Assembly: GCF_001194135.2 (NCBI RefSeq)
Contig: NC_068995.1
Coordinates: forward strand, 45,546,605-45,610,604
Length of the DNA: 64,000 nucleotides
From: Octopus bimaculoides
Lineage: Eukaryota
Direction: 5' to 3'
Notes under the pieces: model-generated
What the model saw: the letters and a program-made list of their open reading frames with translations, nothing else
Databases searched by the model: none
Told to the model about the DNA's origin: nothing
Part shown: piece after piece, positions 63,609-64,000 of the stretch
Layout of the letters: the number at the start of each line of letters is the position of its first letter
How positions within the stretch are numbered: position 1 is the stretch's first letter
Made by a program: the position numbers and the translations under genes

Positions 63609-64000
63609 AGTTTGTGTTAGGCAGGAAGTGTGGTTCCTAGAGAACAGACATAAACTTCCTGTTGAAAAAGAGTTCATAACTCCAACTAAAAACATTTGTC
63701 TCCCCTTACACACACTTCCTGTTTTGACATCACACTTCCTGCTTAACACAAACTTTTAGCTCCTTTTTTTTAAACCTAACACAACTCTCAATTCTCATGC
63801 ATCCTTATTTTTCCAACCATTATATACATGGATTACCATTGAACTTCAAAAGCTCAAAGACAATATAATGTATTGGTATATTTATTTTTTTATATATTTT
63901 TTTTATATATTATTTTCTTCATTTTGTACTTCTTTGTAAAAAACATTTTCATTCTCCCTCTTCTTGAAAATTTGCTTAGCAATGAAAGCCGGTTAGAAAT
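63609..64000 (+). repeat. Unclassified young repeat with terminal hairpin cassette, copy 2 (cut by window edge)
   Basis: Inverted repeat 63609-63632 / 63731-63754 (1 mismatch); starts at the same base as copy 1, with unrelated upstream flanks. Confidence 0.9.

Overview
AT-rich, microsatellite- and SINE-dense animal DNA with several N gaps. The repeat landscape suggests an octopus-like cephalopod; this is an inference, not a lookup. The only clearly recognisable host gene is DET1 (+ strand): one very large coding exon (53086-54557, about 491 codons) ends at an AG|GTAAAT donor, and the last ~60 codons were not found in the window. The rest is intronic or intergenic. It holds tRNA-headed SINE-like families (my labels A, A2, B, C), RTE 3'-tail repeats (D), an unclassified repeat (G), piggyBac-type (TTAA), hAT-type and mariner-type MITEs, and a Helentron-like 5' end. 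It also holds decayed RTE, BovB-like, Hero/R2-group and Penelope-like ORF fragments. The most unusual structures are a 189-bp, 3-mismatch inverted repeat (10488-11627) and a young hairpin-capped element present twice (15595, 63609). Its two copies differ by an exact internal inversion plus duplication, and each carries four CAGGAAGT motifs. I found no convincing new multi-gene system. Almost all short ORFs in the track are repeat or gap artefacts.
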